Source: Somniosus microcephalus
Taxonomy: Eukaryota
Length of the DNA stretch: 64,000 nt
Direction of reading: 5' to 3'
NCBI GenBank assembly: GCA_052327205.1
Contig: CM126205.1
Coordinates: 273,420,001 to 273,484,000, forward strand
A model generated the notes under the pieces. That model was not told the DNA's origin, searched no databases, and was given only the letters and a program-made list of their open reading frames with translations. Within the stretch, counting starts at the first letter, position 1. Each line of letters begins with the position of its first letter. Both the position numbers and the translations under genes were made by a program. Of the stretch, positions 26,177 through 39,067 are shown piece by piece.

Positions 26177-28241
26177 ATGGGGCTCTCGTACCTTGGTAAG
26201 TATACCTCTCTGTAATCCGGACTTTTTGATCAACCAGCACCACACCGGTCCCGGATTTAAAAAAAAGTTTCCTGTAATTGTTTTTCATTTCTCTAAAATT
26301 TCTAAATTAATTTCAAATTATGATCTAGTCTTCATAGTTCTGTTCAAATCTGTTCCTCTGCAATCATACACAAATACACTAGTCTAGAATCAGACATACA
26401 TTGTTGAGCTACAAGGCAATAAACTGTTCTTGCCTGCTGAATGAAAAACGAGGCAAAAATCTGAATCACATGTTGGGACCCAGGGAATGTGTTACAGTAT
26501 CAGAAATGTCAACAGCCTTGGTTAATAACTTGCAGTTCTGGGCAATAGGGTACTTTTAAGCAGAAAATCTGCTCAACCAAACAGATCATGGTGACATGAA
26601 AATTACTACCAGTAGAAAAATAAAATGATTGTCAGGAAATTTGGCAAAGAAGCATGTTCCCATGAGGCTAAGTCACACTTTAACGTGCTTAATGGCAAAC
26701 CAGTGTACATCAGAGCCTCCTCTCACTCTTCAATCTTACAAATGGACCAAAGAAAGCCTTTCTGTTGCACGTCTAAGAATTATGAATCACAAGATCTGTT
26801 TGGATACCACAAATACAATTTTCAACTCTAAATCGTCCCATTTACTTACAAAAACTAGACAGTGGATGAACCAAAATGGAGTGACTGCTGGTCCTGCTGA
26901 CTTACTGCGGTTTTGACATCTGTAGGATTCGCAAAATTTCCACATTCTCCCAAGGTTATTAATAAAAGGGACCCTATGGACGATTTAAAAAGGGTACCCA
27001 AAGATGGCGTCCGCACCTCGTGACCAAAAGCCTGAACTCTGCAGCACAGAACAAGCAGCTCTGGGAAATCAAAACTTAAAATGCATTTCTGTGAAAAGGA
27101 CTTGTGTTTGAAGGGCCAGACAGCTAAGCAAACATTTGAATAGCATTTTCGTCAAATTGGAACAGATCAACCCAGTTAGGCCTAAACAGGAGTCCATTAG
27201 TTTGTCCACAAATAATCGGAAACAGCTTAAGGAAGCCACCAAGGCTGGACAGGCCGATTAAAATGCATTAATGACATCAGGCCATTAGGTGCGATAAACG
27301 GCCATCTAAAAACAGTTATTTTAGATTGGTATAATCATTTAAAACAGCCTGCCAAAATTGAAACAATGGACTGACCTGATTTGGCACGCAGATAAGGGCC
27401 ATCAAAAGGAATATAACTGGAGGCCCTTAGTGGTAATCGCTCTCTGGTCTCTCGTCTTGTCTCTTGGCGGGCCTTGGGCTACCGCCGCTTGCACTCGAGC
27501 CCCGGCCTCGTGGCAGGTTCTCTTCTCGCTCCCCGCATTGTGCAAGCAACCAAGGACCAAACGCGGGAGAGGGGAATGAGACCCAAGTCCAAAGTCACCC
27601 AGGACACCCGGGCCACAAGAGGGCAGAGGAAATATGAGGCAAGATGAACCGAGACGAAGAGTGAGGTAGACCCGACAAAGAGCAGTGAGGGGCAGCAGAA
27701 GAGGTATTAATTAAGACCAAGCGCCAAGTTATAAGCTGACGCTCGGGGAAGAAAATATCTGAGGACAGTGAGACTAAGTTGGTTCGGCGAACCCTGCAAA
27801 TAAGCTGACGGTTGGGGGACAAGACTCTTGCTGAACACTGCAAATAAACACAGGTGTCCACGCCATAATGAATATACTGGCGTTTGACGCTTGGGTAGTA
27901 AAATCTAAGCGGTAAAGATTGCTAATCGTCCCATTGACGCAACGTTACCGCCGACGACCGCCCGAGGGAGAAGAAGAGAACCCATCATGACAAGGCGACG
28001 ACTGTAGCCGAGGAGAAGAAAGGTGTGTCGCAGCAGCAGCTCCAGCACCGCGCCCCGAGACCACGTGGCGACGGAGCACCCCAAAGGACAGCAGCCCAGA
28101 CCTCAAAATTGTGATTGCTAAAACAACAGGTTTTGCTTTGGATTGGTGAGCATGAATTCCTGGCCCCTCATAGCTTAATCTAGTTAGGTATAGGGGTGGG
28201 ATAAGGATAAGGGGATTGTCAAAGTAGTTGTTTTTCCCTCA

Positions 28242-29210
28242 ATGTGCCATGTGTTCCCCATTCCCTGTATAAGTATATTAGTGTTATATGCCTGTAATTG
28301 TTTCTCTACCAGTAATTTTTCTCACAAGACTGTTTTCGTTTCTGTTTTAATAAAATCTTGGTTTTCTTACACAGAACCACCTGCCTACTCCAGTCTCTGT
28401 ATCGCCGCCTGTACCCAAGTCTGGTGTCCAGAACCCAGACACCTACAGACACTGAAAGACGCCCTTGTAAGAACGGGATATGACGCTCGACTCGTCGATC
28501 GACAGTTCCGACGGGCCACAGCGAAAAATCGCATAGACCTCCTCAGAAGACAAACACGGGACACAACCAACAGAGTACCCTTCGTCGTCCAGTACTTCCC
28601 CGGAGCGGAGAAACTACGCCATGTTCTTCGCAGCCTTCAACATGTCATCGATGACGACGAACACCTCGCTAAGGCCATCCCCACGCCTCCACTACTCGCT
28701 TTCAAACAGCCGCCTAACCTCAAACAGACCATCGTTCGCAGCAAATTACCCAGCTTTCAGGAGAACAGCGACCACGACACCACACAACCCTGCCACAGCA
28801 ACCTCTGCAAGACATGCCAGATCATCAACACAGATACCATCATCACACGTGAGGACACCACCCACCAGGTACATGGTACATACTCATGTGACTCGGCCAA
28901 CGTTGTCTACCTCATACGTTGCAGGAAAGGATGCCCCGGAGCATGGTACATCGGCGAGACCATGCAGACACTGCGACAACGGATGAACGGACACCGCGCA
29001 ACAATCACCAGGCAGGAGTGTTCCCTCCCAGTCGGGGAACACTTCAGCAGTCAAGGACATTCAGCCTCCGATCTTCGGGTAAGCATTCTCCAAGGCGGCC
29101 TTCGAGACACACGACAATGCAAAATCATCGAGCAGAAACTGATAGCCAAGTTCCGCACCCATGAGGACGGCCTCAACAGAGATCTTGGGTTCATGTCACG
29201 CTACATGTAA
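28242..29210 (+). CDS. Open 322-codon chimeric frame: LTR-derived N-terminus fused to the PLE RT C-terminal region and an intact GIY-YIG endonuclease
   Basis: Uninterrupted ORF in the track; GIY-YIG motifs intact; expression not demonstrated. Confidence 0.35.
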   Translation: MCHVFPIPCISILVLYACNCFSTSNFSHKTVFVSVLIKSWFSYTEPPAYSSLCIAACTQVWCPEPRHLQTLKDALVRTGYDARLVDRQFRRATAKNRIDLLRRQTRDTTNRVPFVVQYFPGAEKLRHVLRSLQHVIDDDEHLAKAIPTPPLLAFKQPPNLKQTIVRSKLPSFQENSDHDTTQPCHSNLCKTCQIINTDTIITREDTTHQVHGTYSCDSANVVYLIRCRKGCPGAWYIGETMQTLRQRMNGHRATITRQECSLPVGEHFSSQGHSASDLRVSILQGGLRDTRQCKIIEQKLIAKFRTHEDGLNRDLGFMSRYM

Positions 29211-29683
29211 CCCCACCTGACGCAGGGTCATCCAGACTCGAGTCGACATTGGCTTGTTCTCTCTACACGGATGCGGCCGGACCTGCTGTGATTTCCAGCC
29301 AAAAAAAATGCTTTTTGTCTGTTTTTGTTTTTCATACAGACCCCAGCATCTGCAATATTTGACCCCTTGTGACCCCACCTCATTGTTCTTTGATGTAATG
29401 TTTCCCTGACTGACCTGTTTGGACACCATTCACACCTTTGACTGCTGTGATTATCTCTCTGCCGAGGTGTGATAAATGGCAGTTGGAAAGGTTACCTGTA
29501 AACATCTGACATGATTCTCTGACTATATAAGCTGTGTCTTTATGCATTTCTCCACTTCACCTGAAGAAGGAGCAGCGCTCCGAAAGCTTGTGATTTCAAA
29601 TAAAGCTGTTGGACTATAACCTGGTGTTGTGTGACTTCTTACATTTGTCCACCCCAGTCCAACTCCGGCATCTCCACACCACT
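28439..29683 (+). mobile_element. 5'-truncated Penelope-like element (Neptune-type, family A): RT C-terminus, GIY-YIG, pseudo-LTR
   Basis: RVPFVVQY, Cys linker CHSNLCKTC, VVYLIRC...WYIGET..LRQRMNGH...GLN; TSD AGAACCCAG (28430-28438/29684-29692). Confidence 0.92.
29557..29593 (+). ncRNA. Minimal type-I hammerhead ribozyme in PLE pseudo-LTR
   Basis: TCAC-CTGAAGA-A-GGAGC agc GCTCC-GAAA-GCTT-GTGA: core boxes, 5-bp stem II, palindromic AAGCTT helix III, helix I TCAC/GTGA; TATA upstream, AATAAA downstream. Confidence 0.8.
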
Positions 29684-29974
29684 AGAACCCAGGGGCATGG
29701 GAGCGATTCGAACCGCTCACAGGCAGTCAGGGGCATAACTGACTGGGCGCACACGCCACCCGCGACTCCCTACACATCCATTCCAATTTTTGGGCAGAAT
29801 TGAATCCCGAGTGGTAGAGCTGCATCAGAAATAGGTGGTACCTCATGCAATGTGCAAAAAGAGGTCAGGTGACCTCATTTGGACCCCATACCATTTTTCT
29901 CTCTGCCCACCTGACTACCATCAATTCCAACCATGGGCGGTACAGATCAGGAGACGAGCATTTCGAACGATACT

Positions 29975-30452
29975 AAAACATAGAAGATAGGAGCAGGAGT
30001 AGGCCATTCGGCCCCTCGAGCCTGCTCCGCCATTTAATGAGATCACGGCTGATCATCCAAATTCAGTACCCTGTCCCTGCCTTCTCCCCATATCCCTTTA
30101 GCCTTAAGAAATATATCTAACTCCTTCTTGAATATATTTAATGAATTGGCCTCAACTGCCTTCTGTGGTAGAGAATGCCACAGGTTCACCACTCTCTGGG
30201 TGAAGAAATTCCTCCTCATCTCGGTCTTAAATGGCTTACCCCTTATCCTTAGACTGTGACCCCTGGTTCTGGATTCCCCGGCCATTGGGAACATCCTTCC
30301 TGCATCTAGTCGGTCAAATCCTGTTAGAATTTTATAAGTTTCAATGAGATCCCCTCATTCTTCTAAACTCCAGCGAATACAAGCCCAATCGACCCAATCT
30401 CTCCTCATACGTCATTCCTGCCATCCCAGCTATCAGTCTGGTGAATCTTCGC
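29975..30452 (-). mobile_element. CR1 LINE 3'-end fragment
   Basis: Minus-strand ORF MFPMAGESRTRGHSLRIRG...RRNFFTQRVV. Confidence 0.9.
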
Positions 30453-30719
30453 TGCTATCAGGTAAAACTGAAGAGAGCTTTCAGAGATATCTTTCTGGCA
30501 GTCGTCTGTGGGCTTTTCACCTTCAAGGATTTGAAAGTTTATATAGTTCCTGCACTCATGTTGCCAGCTGCTCCCCAGTGTTGTTTCTTTCTGTTCTCAC
30601 AAAAAGCCACCTCCCCTTTAAGCTGTTGCCCTTGACAAGTGGCTGCACCACCCAAATAACCACCTTCAAATCAGCCAGTTACCAATTGGGAGCACAATTC
30701 ATGCCACTGATAGAATATT

Positions 30720-31900
30720 GGAATTAGTGGGATGCTGCTACAGTAAATTAAGACTTGGTTGCATGCCCTTAGGCATAAAGTTAGCAATGGCTATGGATCT
30801 GCTTGGTGACCAGTTACTAGTGGTGCCCCGCAGGGATTGGAGTTAGCAACTTGGCTCTTTACTATCTGCATTAATGACCTAACTGAAGGCATTGGAGGAA
30901 TGACCCGCAAGTTTGCAGATGATACCAAGATTGCTGTGTGTTTTAAGAGTGTGGAGGAGACTAAACAACTGCAAGCAGATCTTGGTGTGTTGGGGGAATA
31001 GGCCCAAATTTGGCAAATGTTATTTAACTTAGACAAGTGCAATATTGTGCATGTGGGCACTTACACCTTACAAAGAACAGAGCTGAAGCCTTGTGGTGAA
31101 AGAAAAAAGATCTTGGCATCATAGTTCACAACTCTGAAGATTCACAACCAATGCAGAGAAGCTTCAACTAAAGCAACTATGGTACTGGGCTGTGTTCACA
31201 GGGCTAATTACAAAACCAAACATACTGTTTTGTTCTTGTACAAAACCTTGGTTAGGCCTCATTTAGAAAACTGTCCATTTCTGGTCCCCTCACATGGTAT
31301 TTGATATCAAAGCTTTGGAAAAGGTTCAGAGGAGAGACAATTTAAAATGCCTTCACTACCCAGATAGGCTTAAGGAGCTGCGTCTCTAATTTAGAGAAAT
31401 ATAGTCTCTGGGGCGATTTGATTGAAGTCTACAAAATAATGTAGGGGCTAGATTCTGTGCATACTGACAATTTTTTTCAATTTGATAGATGGGGGTGGGG
31501 GAATGGTAGTGAACAAGGGGCCATGCATATAATTTACGCAAGGGAAGTAGATTAGATGTTAGGCGAATTTTCTTCTCCCAGATCGTAGATGACCTGTGCA
31601 ACAGGCTGCCGGCTTGTGTATCCCTTCAAGAGAGCTGCACTGGTTCCTGGCTGGGGCAGAGATTGCAGCACATGAGAATTAGGTACCCATCAATACAGGT
31701 CATGGTTAATATGGTCTCCTGAACTAGTTTCGATCACCTAGAGGGATTGGAGAGACATTTCTCAGATTTTTTCACCCTAATTGGCCTTGGGTTCATGGCA
31801 TCTAGTGGGTAGGGAGTCTCTTGACCTAGTGCATAAGGCATCACAACTGCAGGAGACAGACTAGATGGACCAGCTGGTCTTTTCCTGTCTGACATTTTCA
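30720..31900 (+). mobile_element. Old degenerate CR1 LINE (RT to 3' UTR)
   Basis: VTSGAPQG, KFADDTK, LVRPHLE motifs. Confidence 0.75.
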
Positions 31901-31991
31901 TATGTTCACACTGCCCTCAGCCACTGTCATGACTATTTACTGCACAGACAAAAATCACTCTCCCACCCCACCAAAGTCATAGTTTGTCATT

Positions 31992-33902
31992 AGAAACATA
32001 GAAGGTAGGAGTAGGCCATTCGGCCCTTCGCGCCTGCTCCGCCATTCAATGAGATCATGGCTGATCATCCAAATTCAGTACCCTGTCCCTGCCTTCTCCC
32101 CATATCCCTTGATCCCTTTAGCCTTAAGAAATATATCCAACTCTTTCTTGAATATATTTAATGAACTGGCCTCCACCGCCCTCTGTGGCAGAGAATTCCA
32201 CAGGTTCACCACTCTCTGGGTGAAGAAATTCCTCCTCATTTCAGTCCTAAATGGCTTACCCCTTATCCTTAGACTATGACCCCTGGTTCTGGACTCCCCG
32301 GCCATCAGAAACATCCTTTCTGCATCTAGTCTGTCCAGACCGGACAGAATTTTATAGGTTTCGATGAGATCCCCCTCAATCTTCTAAACACCAGTGAGTA
32401 TAAGCCCAATTGACACAATCTCTCCTCGTACGTCATTCCTGCCATCCCAGGCATCAGCCTGGTGAATCTTCGCTGCCCTCCCTCCATGGCAAGAATGTCC
32501 TTCCTCAGGTAAGGTGACCAAAACTGCACACAATACTCAAGGTGCGGTCTCACCAAGGCCCTGTACAACTGCAGCAAGACATCCTCGTTCTTGTACTCGA
32601 ACCCTCTTGCTACGAAGGCCAACATACCATTTGCCTTCTTAACCGCCTGCTGCACCTGCATGCTTACCTTCAGCGACTGGTGCACAAGAACACCCAGGTC
32701 TCTTTGCACTTCCCCTTCTCCCAATCTATTGCCATTCAAATAATAATCTGCCTTCCTGTTTTTACCACCAAAGTGGATAACCTCACAGTTATCCACATTA
32801 TAGTGCATTTGCCATGTTTCTGCCCAATCACCCAGCCTGTCCAAATCGTACTGGAGTTTCACGACATCCTCCTCATAGCATACCCTCCCACCCAGCTTTG
32901 TGTCGTCTGCAAATTTGGAGATATTACATCCAATTCCCTCGTCCAGATCATTAATATATATTGTGAACAGCTGGGGTCCTAGGACCGATCCTTGCGGTAC
33001 CCCACTAGTCACTGCCTGCCACTCGGAAAACGACCCGTTTATTCCAACTCTTTGCTTTCTGTCCACCAACCAGTTCTCTATCCAAGTCAATACCTTGCCC
33101 CCAATCCCATGTGCCTTAATTTTGCATGCTAACCTCTTATGCGGGACCTTATCGAAAGCCTTCTGAAAGTCCAAATACACCACATCCACTGGTTCTCCCT
33201 TATCTATTTTACCAGTTACATCCTCAAAATTCCAGTAGATTAGTCAAGCATGATTTACCTTTTGTAAATCCATGTTGACTTTGTCCGATCCTGTCACTGC
33301 TTTCCAAGTGCTCTGCTATTACATCTTTTATAATGGACTCTAGCATTTTCCCCACTATGTCAGGCTTGCCGGTCTATAATTCCCCGCTTTTTCTCTGCCA
33401 GCTTTTTTGAATAGTGGGGTAACATTAGCTACCCTCCAATCCATGGGTACTGTTCCAGGGTCTATCGAGTTCTGGAAGATGACCAGCAATGCATCTACTA
33501 TTTCTAGGGCCACTTCCTTAAGTACCCTGGGATGTAGATTATCAGGCCCTGGGGATTTATCGGCCTTCAGTCCCATCAATTTTCCTAACACCATTTCCCT
33601 ACAAATACTGATATCTTTCAGTTCCACCCTTTCATCAGACCCTATGTTCCGCGGTATTTCTGGGAGGTTATTTGTGTCCTCCTTTGTGAAGACAGAACCA
33701 AAATATGTATTTAGTTGGTCTGCCATTTCTTTGCTCCCCATTATAAATTCCCCCGATTCTGACTGCAAGGGACCTACGCTTGACTTCACCAATCTTTTCC
33801 TCTTTACATATCTATAAAAGCTTTTATAGTCAGTTTTTATGTTCCCTACAAGCTTACTCTCATATTCTATTTTCCCTTTCTTAATTAATCCCTTTGTCCT
33901 CC
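31992..33902 (-). mobile_element. 5'-truncated CR1 LINE ORF2
   Basis: ORFs 33355-33945, 32326-33189 and 32075-32314 ([25 protein letters not shown]). Confidence 0.93.
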
Positions 33903-34345
33903 AATTAGGCACTTTAAAGCCTTGCGGACTCAATACAGAGTTCAACAGCTTCAGATCATAACCTCGGCCCCCATTATATTTTTATATTTTTTATCCACAT
34001 TTTTAGTTTGTGACTTTTCTTTTTTTTTCTCTCCCACATGGCAGCCGTCTTTCACTCTGCCAGCGCATTTCACATTTCATCTAAAGCCATTGTCTGTTTC
34101 TTTACTTATCCTATTACTATCTCGTCTCACCTTGAATATCTCTTAATGTCTCTTCTTTCATCCCCTCCCCCATTTCCCAGCCCCCAAACTGCCTTTTGTT
34201 TCATTTCCTGCCTTTTCTCTCAGTTCTGTAGAAGGGTTTCGACCTGAAACGTTGACTATTTCTCGCTCCATGGATGTTGCCTGGCCTGTTGAGTTTTTCC
34301 AGCATTTTGTGTTATTTCGGATTTCCAGCATCCGCAGTATTTTGC
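33903..34345 (+). mobile_element. Penelope-like element (family B) 3' end with mutated hammerhead (34222-34257)
   Basis: GIY-YIG C-terminal LGTLKPCGLNTEFNSFRS; AGTT-CTGTAGA-AGGGTTTCGACCT-GAAAC-GTT-GACT. Confidence 0.75.
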
Positions 34346-34864
34346 TAACCTATTTTTCTATGGTTTCTAGTTTTGCCCAGCATATGGCCAACAGTAAATA
34401 CACCTGCATGAAACAGGTGCACTTACTGTACAATGGCTACACAAGGGCCCCACAGTACCATATGCAACCAGCAAAATCAATTGCCATTATGAGACTGACA
34501 GCAACCAGGGAGGAACTATTTTTTTTTTTTTAATTTTAATCTTTCAACACAGGTCAGACTGGCCCACACTTCTAATGAAACAGAAGCTGCTGCTCAGGAA
34601 CTCCGGAGTCCCCACAGGGCTGGTGCCCCAGTAACACTGTAAATGGCATGAGCATTTGTTTCATTATGCAAATGACCATCTCCAAGATTTGGGCTGGGTT
34701 CATCACAGACATATGGATTGGAGGAACTTTCATCCTACTGCATTTCCAGCAGCACAGCACCAGGACTGCTATTTGAGTTTCAATTTAAATAGTCCAGAAT
34801 AAAGACATCAGCCGCAGATTAGCTCAAATTTAATGATTAAACAGGCTCAAAAGACTTGAAGATA

Positions 34865-36580
34865 AAAGTTTCCAGTTTCCTGGCCCCAACTGCTTCCTTT
34901 TCACCATGGACATACAATCACTCTACACCTCCATCCCCCACCCGGATGGCCTGAGGGCGCTCCGCTTCTTCCTTGAACAGAGGCCCGACCAGTCCCCATC
35001 CACCACCACCCTCCTCCGTCTGGCTGAACTTGTTCTCACATTGAACAACTTCTCCTTTAACTCCACTCATTTTCTCCAAATCAAAGGTGTTGCCATGGGT
35101 ACCCGCATGGGTCCTAGCTATGCCTGCCTTTTCGTGGGCTATGTGGAACAATCTTTGTTCCAGTCCTACTCGGGTCCCCTCCCTCAACTCTTTTTCCAAT
35201 ACATTGATGACTATATCGGTGCAGTTTCCTGCTTCGCCCCGAACTTGACAATTTCATTCACTTTGCCTCCAATTTCCACCCTTCCCTCACCTTCACATGG
35301 TCCAGCTCTGACTCTTCCCTTCCTCGACTTCTCCGTATCCATCTCTGGTGATAGGTTATCGACCAATATTCACTACAAGCCCACGGACTCCCACAACTAC
35401 CTGGATTACACTTTCTCCCACCCCGCTTCCTGTAAGGATTCTATTCCATTCTCCCAGTTTCTCCGTCTCCGCCGTATCTGCTCAGATGATGCCACCTTCC
35501 ACACCAGTGCTTCAGACATGTCTTCGTTTTTCCACAACCGAGGATTCCCCTCTACCGTGGTTGACACTGCCCTCGACAGTGTCAGTTCTATCTCCTGCAT
35601 TTCTGCCCTCACCCCTGCCCCTCCCAGAACCACAATAGGGTTCCCCTTGTCCTCACCTTTCACCCCACCAGCCTCCACATTCAACAGATCATCCTCCGCC
35701 ATTTCCGCTACCTCCAAAGTGATACCACCAAACGTATCTTCCGCTCCCCTCCCCTTTCAGCATTCCGTAGGGACCGCTCCCTCCAAGACACCCTAGTCCA
35801 CTCCTCTATCACCCCAAACAGCCCTTCCCCTTCGCCTGGCACCTTCCCGTGCAAGCGGAGATGTAACACCTGCCTCTATACCTCCCCCCTTCCCACTGTC
35901 CAGGGCCCCAAACACCCCTTCCAGGTGAAACAGCGATTTACTTGTACTTCTCGCAATCTAGTATACTGTATTCGCTGCTCACGATGCGGTCTCCTCTACA
36001 TTGGGGAGACCAAATGCAGATTGGGTGACCTCTTTGCGGAACACCTCCATTCAGTCCGTAAGGGTGACCCCGAGCTTCCGGTCGCCTGTCATTTTAATTT
36101 ACCGCTCCATTCCCACTCGGACCTCACCGTCCTTGGCCTCTTGTATTGTTCCACGGAAGCTCAACGTAAACTCGAGGAACAGCACCTCATCTTCCGATTA
36201 GGCACTCTGCAGCCTTCCGGACTCAATATCGAGTTCATCAATTTCAGATCATAACCTCGGCCCCTATTACACATTTTTTCTTGTAATTTTTCCACTCCTT
36301 TCCCCCCCCGCCCTTTCCTTTTGTTTCTCTCTCACACCTGGCAGCTATCTCTTGCCCTGCCAGTACACTTTACACCTAATCTCAGCCTATTACCATCTCG
36401 TCTAGCTCTTTTACTTCTTTTGTTTCTTTCACTTCTTTTGTCCGATCGGAGCCCTGCCTTCGATCTAGTTTCTTTTCTTTCCAGTTTTGAAGAAGGGTTC
36501 GACCCGAAACGTCAACTCAAATTTCTCTCCACGGATGTTGCCTGACCTGCTGAGTTTTTCCAGCATTTTCTGTTGTTATT
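34865..36580 (+). mobile_element. Penelope-like element (Neptune-type, family B), RT + GIY-YIG, frameshifted
   Basis: MDIQSLYTSIP, GVAMGTRMGPSYA, YIDD, HYKPTD, FTCTSRNLVYCIRC...YIGET..RLGDLFAEH. Confidence 0.92.
36483..36517 (+). ncRNA. Minimal hammerhead ribozyme (family B), core C3 changed to U
   Basis: AGTT-TTGAAGA-A-GGGT tcg ACCC-GAAAC-GTC-AACT: GUC triplet, ACGT palindrome, helix I AGTT/AACT. Confidence 0.65.
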
Positions 36581-36614
36581 TGAAGATAATGGATCTGTTT
36601 CCAAGAACAAACTA

Positions 36615-38830
36615 ATTTCATAGGAACAGGAGTAGGTCATTGAACCCCTCGAGCCTGTTCCACCATTCAAGGAGATCATGGCTGACCTAACTCCATATAC
36701 CTGCATTTGGCCCATATTCCGTTAATAACAAAAAACTATCAATCTCCGATTTAAAATTAATTGATCTAGCATCAATTGTTGTTAGCGGGAGAGTTCCAAA
36801 CTTCTACCACCCTTTGTCTAGAAGTGTTTCCTAATTTCACTCCTGAAAGGTCTGGCTCTAATTTTTTAGACCATGCCCCCTAGTCCGAGAATCCCCAATC
36901 AGCAGAAAGAGTTTCTCTATCTACCCTAGCTGTTCCCTTTAATATCTTGAAAACTTCGATCAGATCACCCCTTAACCTTCTAAATTCTAGGGAATACAAC
37001 CCTAAATTGTGCAATCTCTCCTCATAACTTAACCCTTGAAGTCCAGGTATCATTCTGGTAAACCTACGCTGCACTCCCTCCAAGGCCAATATATCCTTCC
37101 TAAGGTGCGGTGCCCAGAACTACTCTCAGTACTCCAGGTGTGGTCTAACCAGGGCTTTGTATAGCTGCATCATAACTTCTACCCCACTCCCCCTTGTATT
37201 CCTAGATATAAAGGCCAGCATTGCATTAGCCTTTTTAATTATTTTCTGTACCTGTTCATGGTATTTTAATGATCTATATACCTTGACCCCCAAGTCTATT
37301 TGGACCTCCGCTGTTTCTAGCTTCACCATTTAGAAAATACCCTGTTCTATCCTTTTTAGGTCCAAGTGGATGACCTCACATTTGCCAACATTGAAATCCA
37401 TTTACCACAGTTTTGCCCATTCACTTAATCTATCGATATCCCTTTGTAATTTTATGCTTTCACCTACACTGCTGCCTATCTTTGGGTCATTGGCAAATTT
37501 GGATACAAGACTTTTTATGCCATCATCTAAGTCGTTAATAAATAGTCAATAGTTGAGGCCCCAACACAGATCCCTGCAGGACACCACTTGTCACATCCTG
37601 CCAATTTGAGTACCTACCCATTATCCCTACTCTCTGTCCCGCTCAGCCAATTTCCTAACCAGGTCAATAATTTTCCCTCAATTCCATGGGCTTCTACCTT
37701 AGTTAACAGTCTCTTATGTGGGACTTTATCAAACACCTTCTAGAAGTCCATATAAATAACATCCTTAGACACTCCCCTGTCCACTACTTTACCTCCACCT
37801 CCTCAAAAAAAATCAATCAGGTTTGTCAGGCATTCACAAATCCATACGCTCTGATCAACTGAAAATTTGAGGCAATCACCCTATCCTTAATTATAGACTC
37901 CAGCAATTTCCCGACAACAGATGTTAGGCTAACTTGTCTATAATTCCTCAGTTTCTCTCTCTCTCGCCATTCTTAAATAGCGGCGTGACATGCACAATTT
38001 TCCCAATCTAAAGGAACGGTTCCTGAATCGAGAAATTTATAGATTCTAGTTAGGGCATCTGTAATGTGTTCACCTTTTTTTTAAACCCTGGGATGGAAAC
38101 CATCTGGTCCTGGGGATGTCACTCTTTCATGCCATTATTTTCTTCATTATGGTTATTTTACTTACGTTAATTTTATTGAGTCCCTGTCCCTATTCAATAT
38201 TAGTTTCCTTGGGATTTCTTGCATGTTATCCTCTTCCTCTACTATAAATACTGACGCAAAGTAATTATTCAACATGTCCGCCATTTCCTTATCATTGACA
38301 ATACTACAGCTTTCAGTTTTTAAGGGGCCAACATTGCTCCTGACTATCCTCTTTTTCCTACTATCGTAAAAATTCTGTGCGTTGATTTTGATATCCCTTG
38401 CAAGTTTTCATACTCCCTTTTTGTAGCTCTTGCTGTCTGTTTTGTGACCCTTTGCTGTTCTTTGTATCTTTCCCATTCACCAGAATCTGCTATTTTTTGC
38501 ATTTTTGTATACTTTTGCCTTCGAGTTTTATGTTGTTCCTTACCTCTTTAGTCGTCCATGGCTTTTTTTTTGGCAACTAGAGTTCTTGTCCCTCAGGGAC
38601 ATGAACTGGTTCTGTATCATCTGTCATTTTACCCATTAACAGATTTGCCCAGTTTACTGTGGACAGTCTATGCATCATCCTGCTGAAGACAGCCAGACCC
38701 AAATCTATAATCTTAGTAGCTGTTGGGTGTTTCTCCCTTTCAAACGCTGCGTTGAACTCGATCATGTTATGATTGCTATTGGATAAATGTTCAGTGAGGC
38801 TGTTAACTAAATCTGGCTCATTACTCAATT
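36615..38830 (-). mobile_element. Degenerate CR1 LINE
   Basis: LEGVQRRFTRMIPG, LVRPHLEY, HNMIEF motifs on the minus strand. Confidence 0.85.
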
Positions 38831-39067
38831 TCACTGTCTCCTCTTGAAATCAGAGAAATATGCCACCCTTCCGTTGATAAGAGTTGCTGAATACAATATT
38901 TTCTAAACAGTCTTTTGAAAAGTCAAGATTAGGCTCCAGAAGGCCCATTGAAGTTGCAAATGAATCAGATCAAGAGCAGACACAAGGAAACTAAAACATT
39001 TCCTTCAAAGGCTTAAGATGCTTCAGTTCTCAAAACTCGAAGGAACAAGCTGATCCGACCCTGAGCT

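Larger units (their letters stand above)
26921..29774 (+). mobile_element. Solo ERV-type LTR (~1.6 kb) interrupted by a Penelope-like element
   Basis: TGTAGG...CCTACA termini, perfect 4-bp TSD CATC/CATC, AATAAA ~28348; ends resemble the LTR at 60937-63172. Confidence 0.85.
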
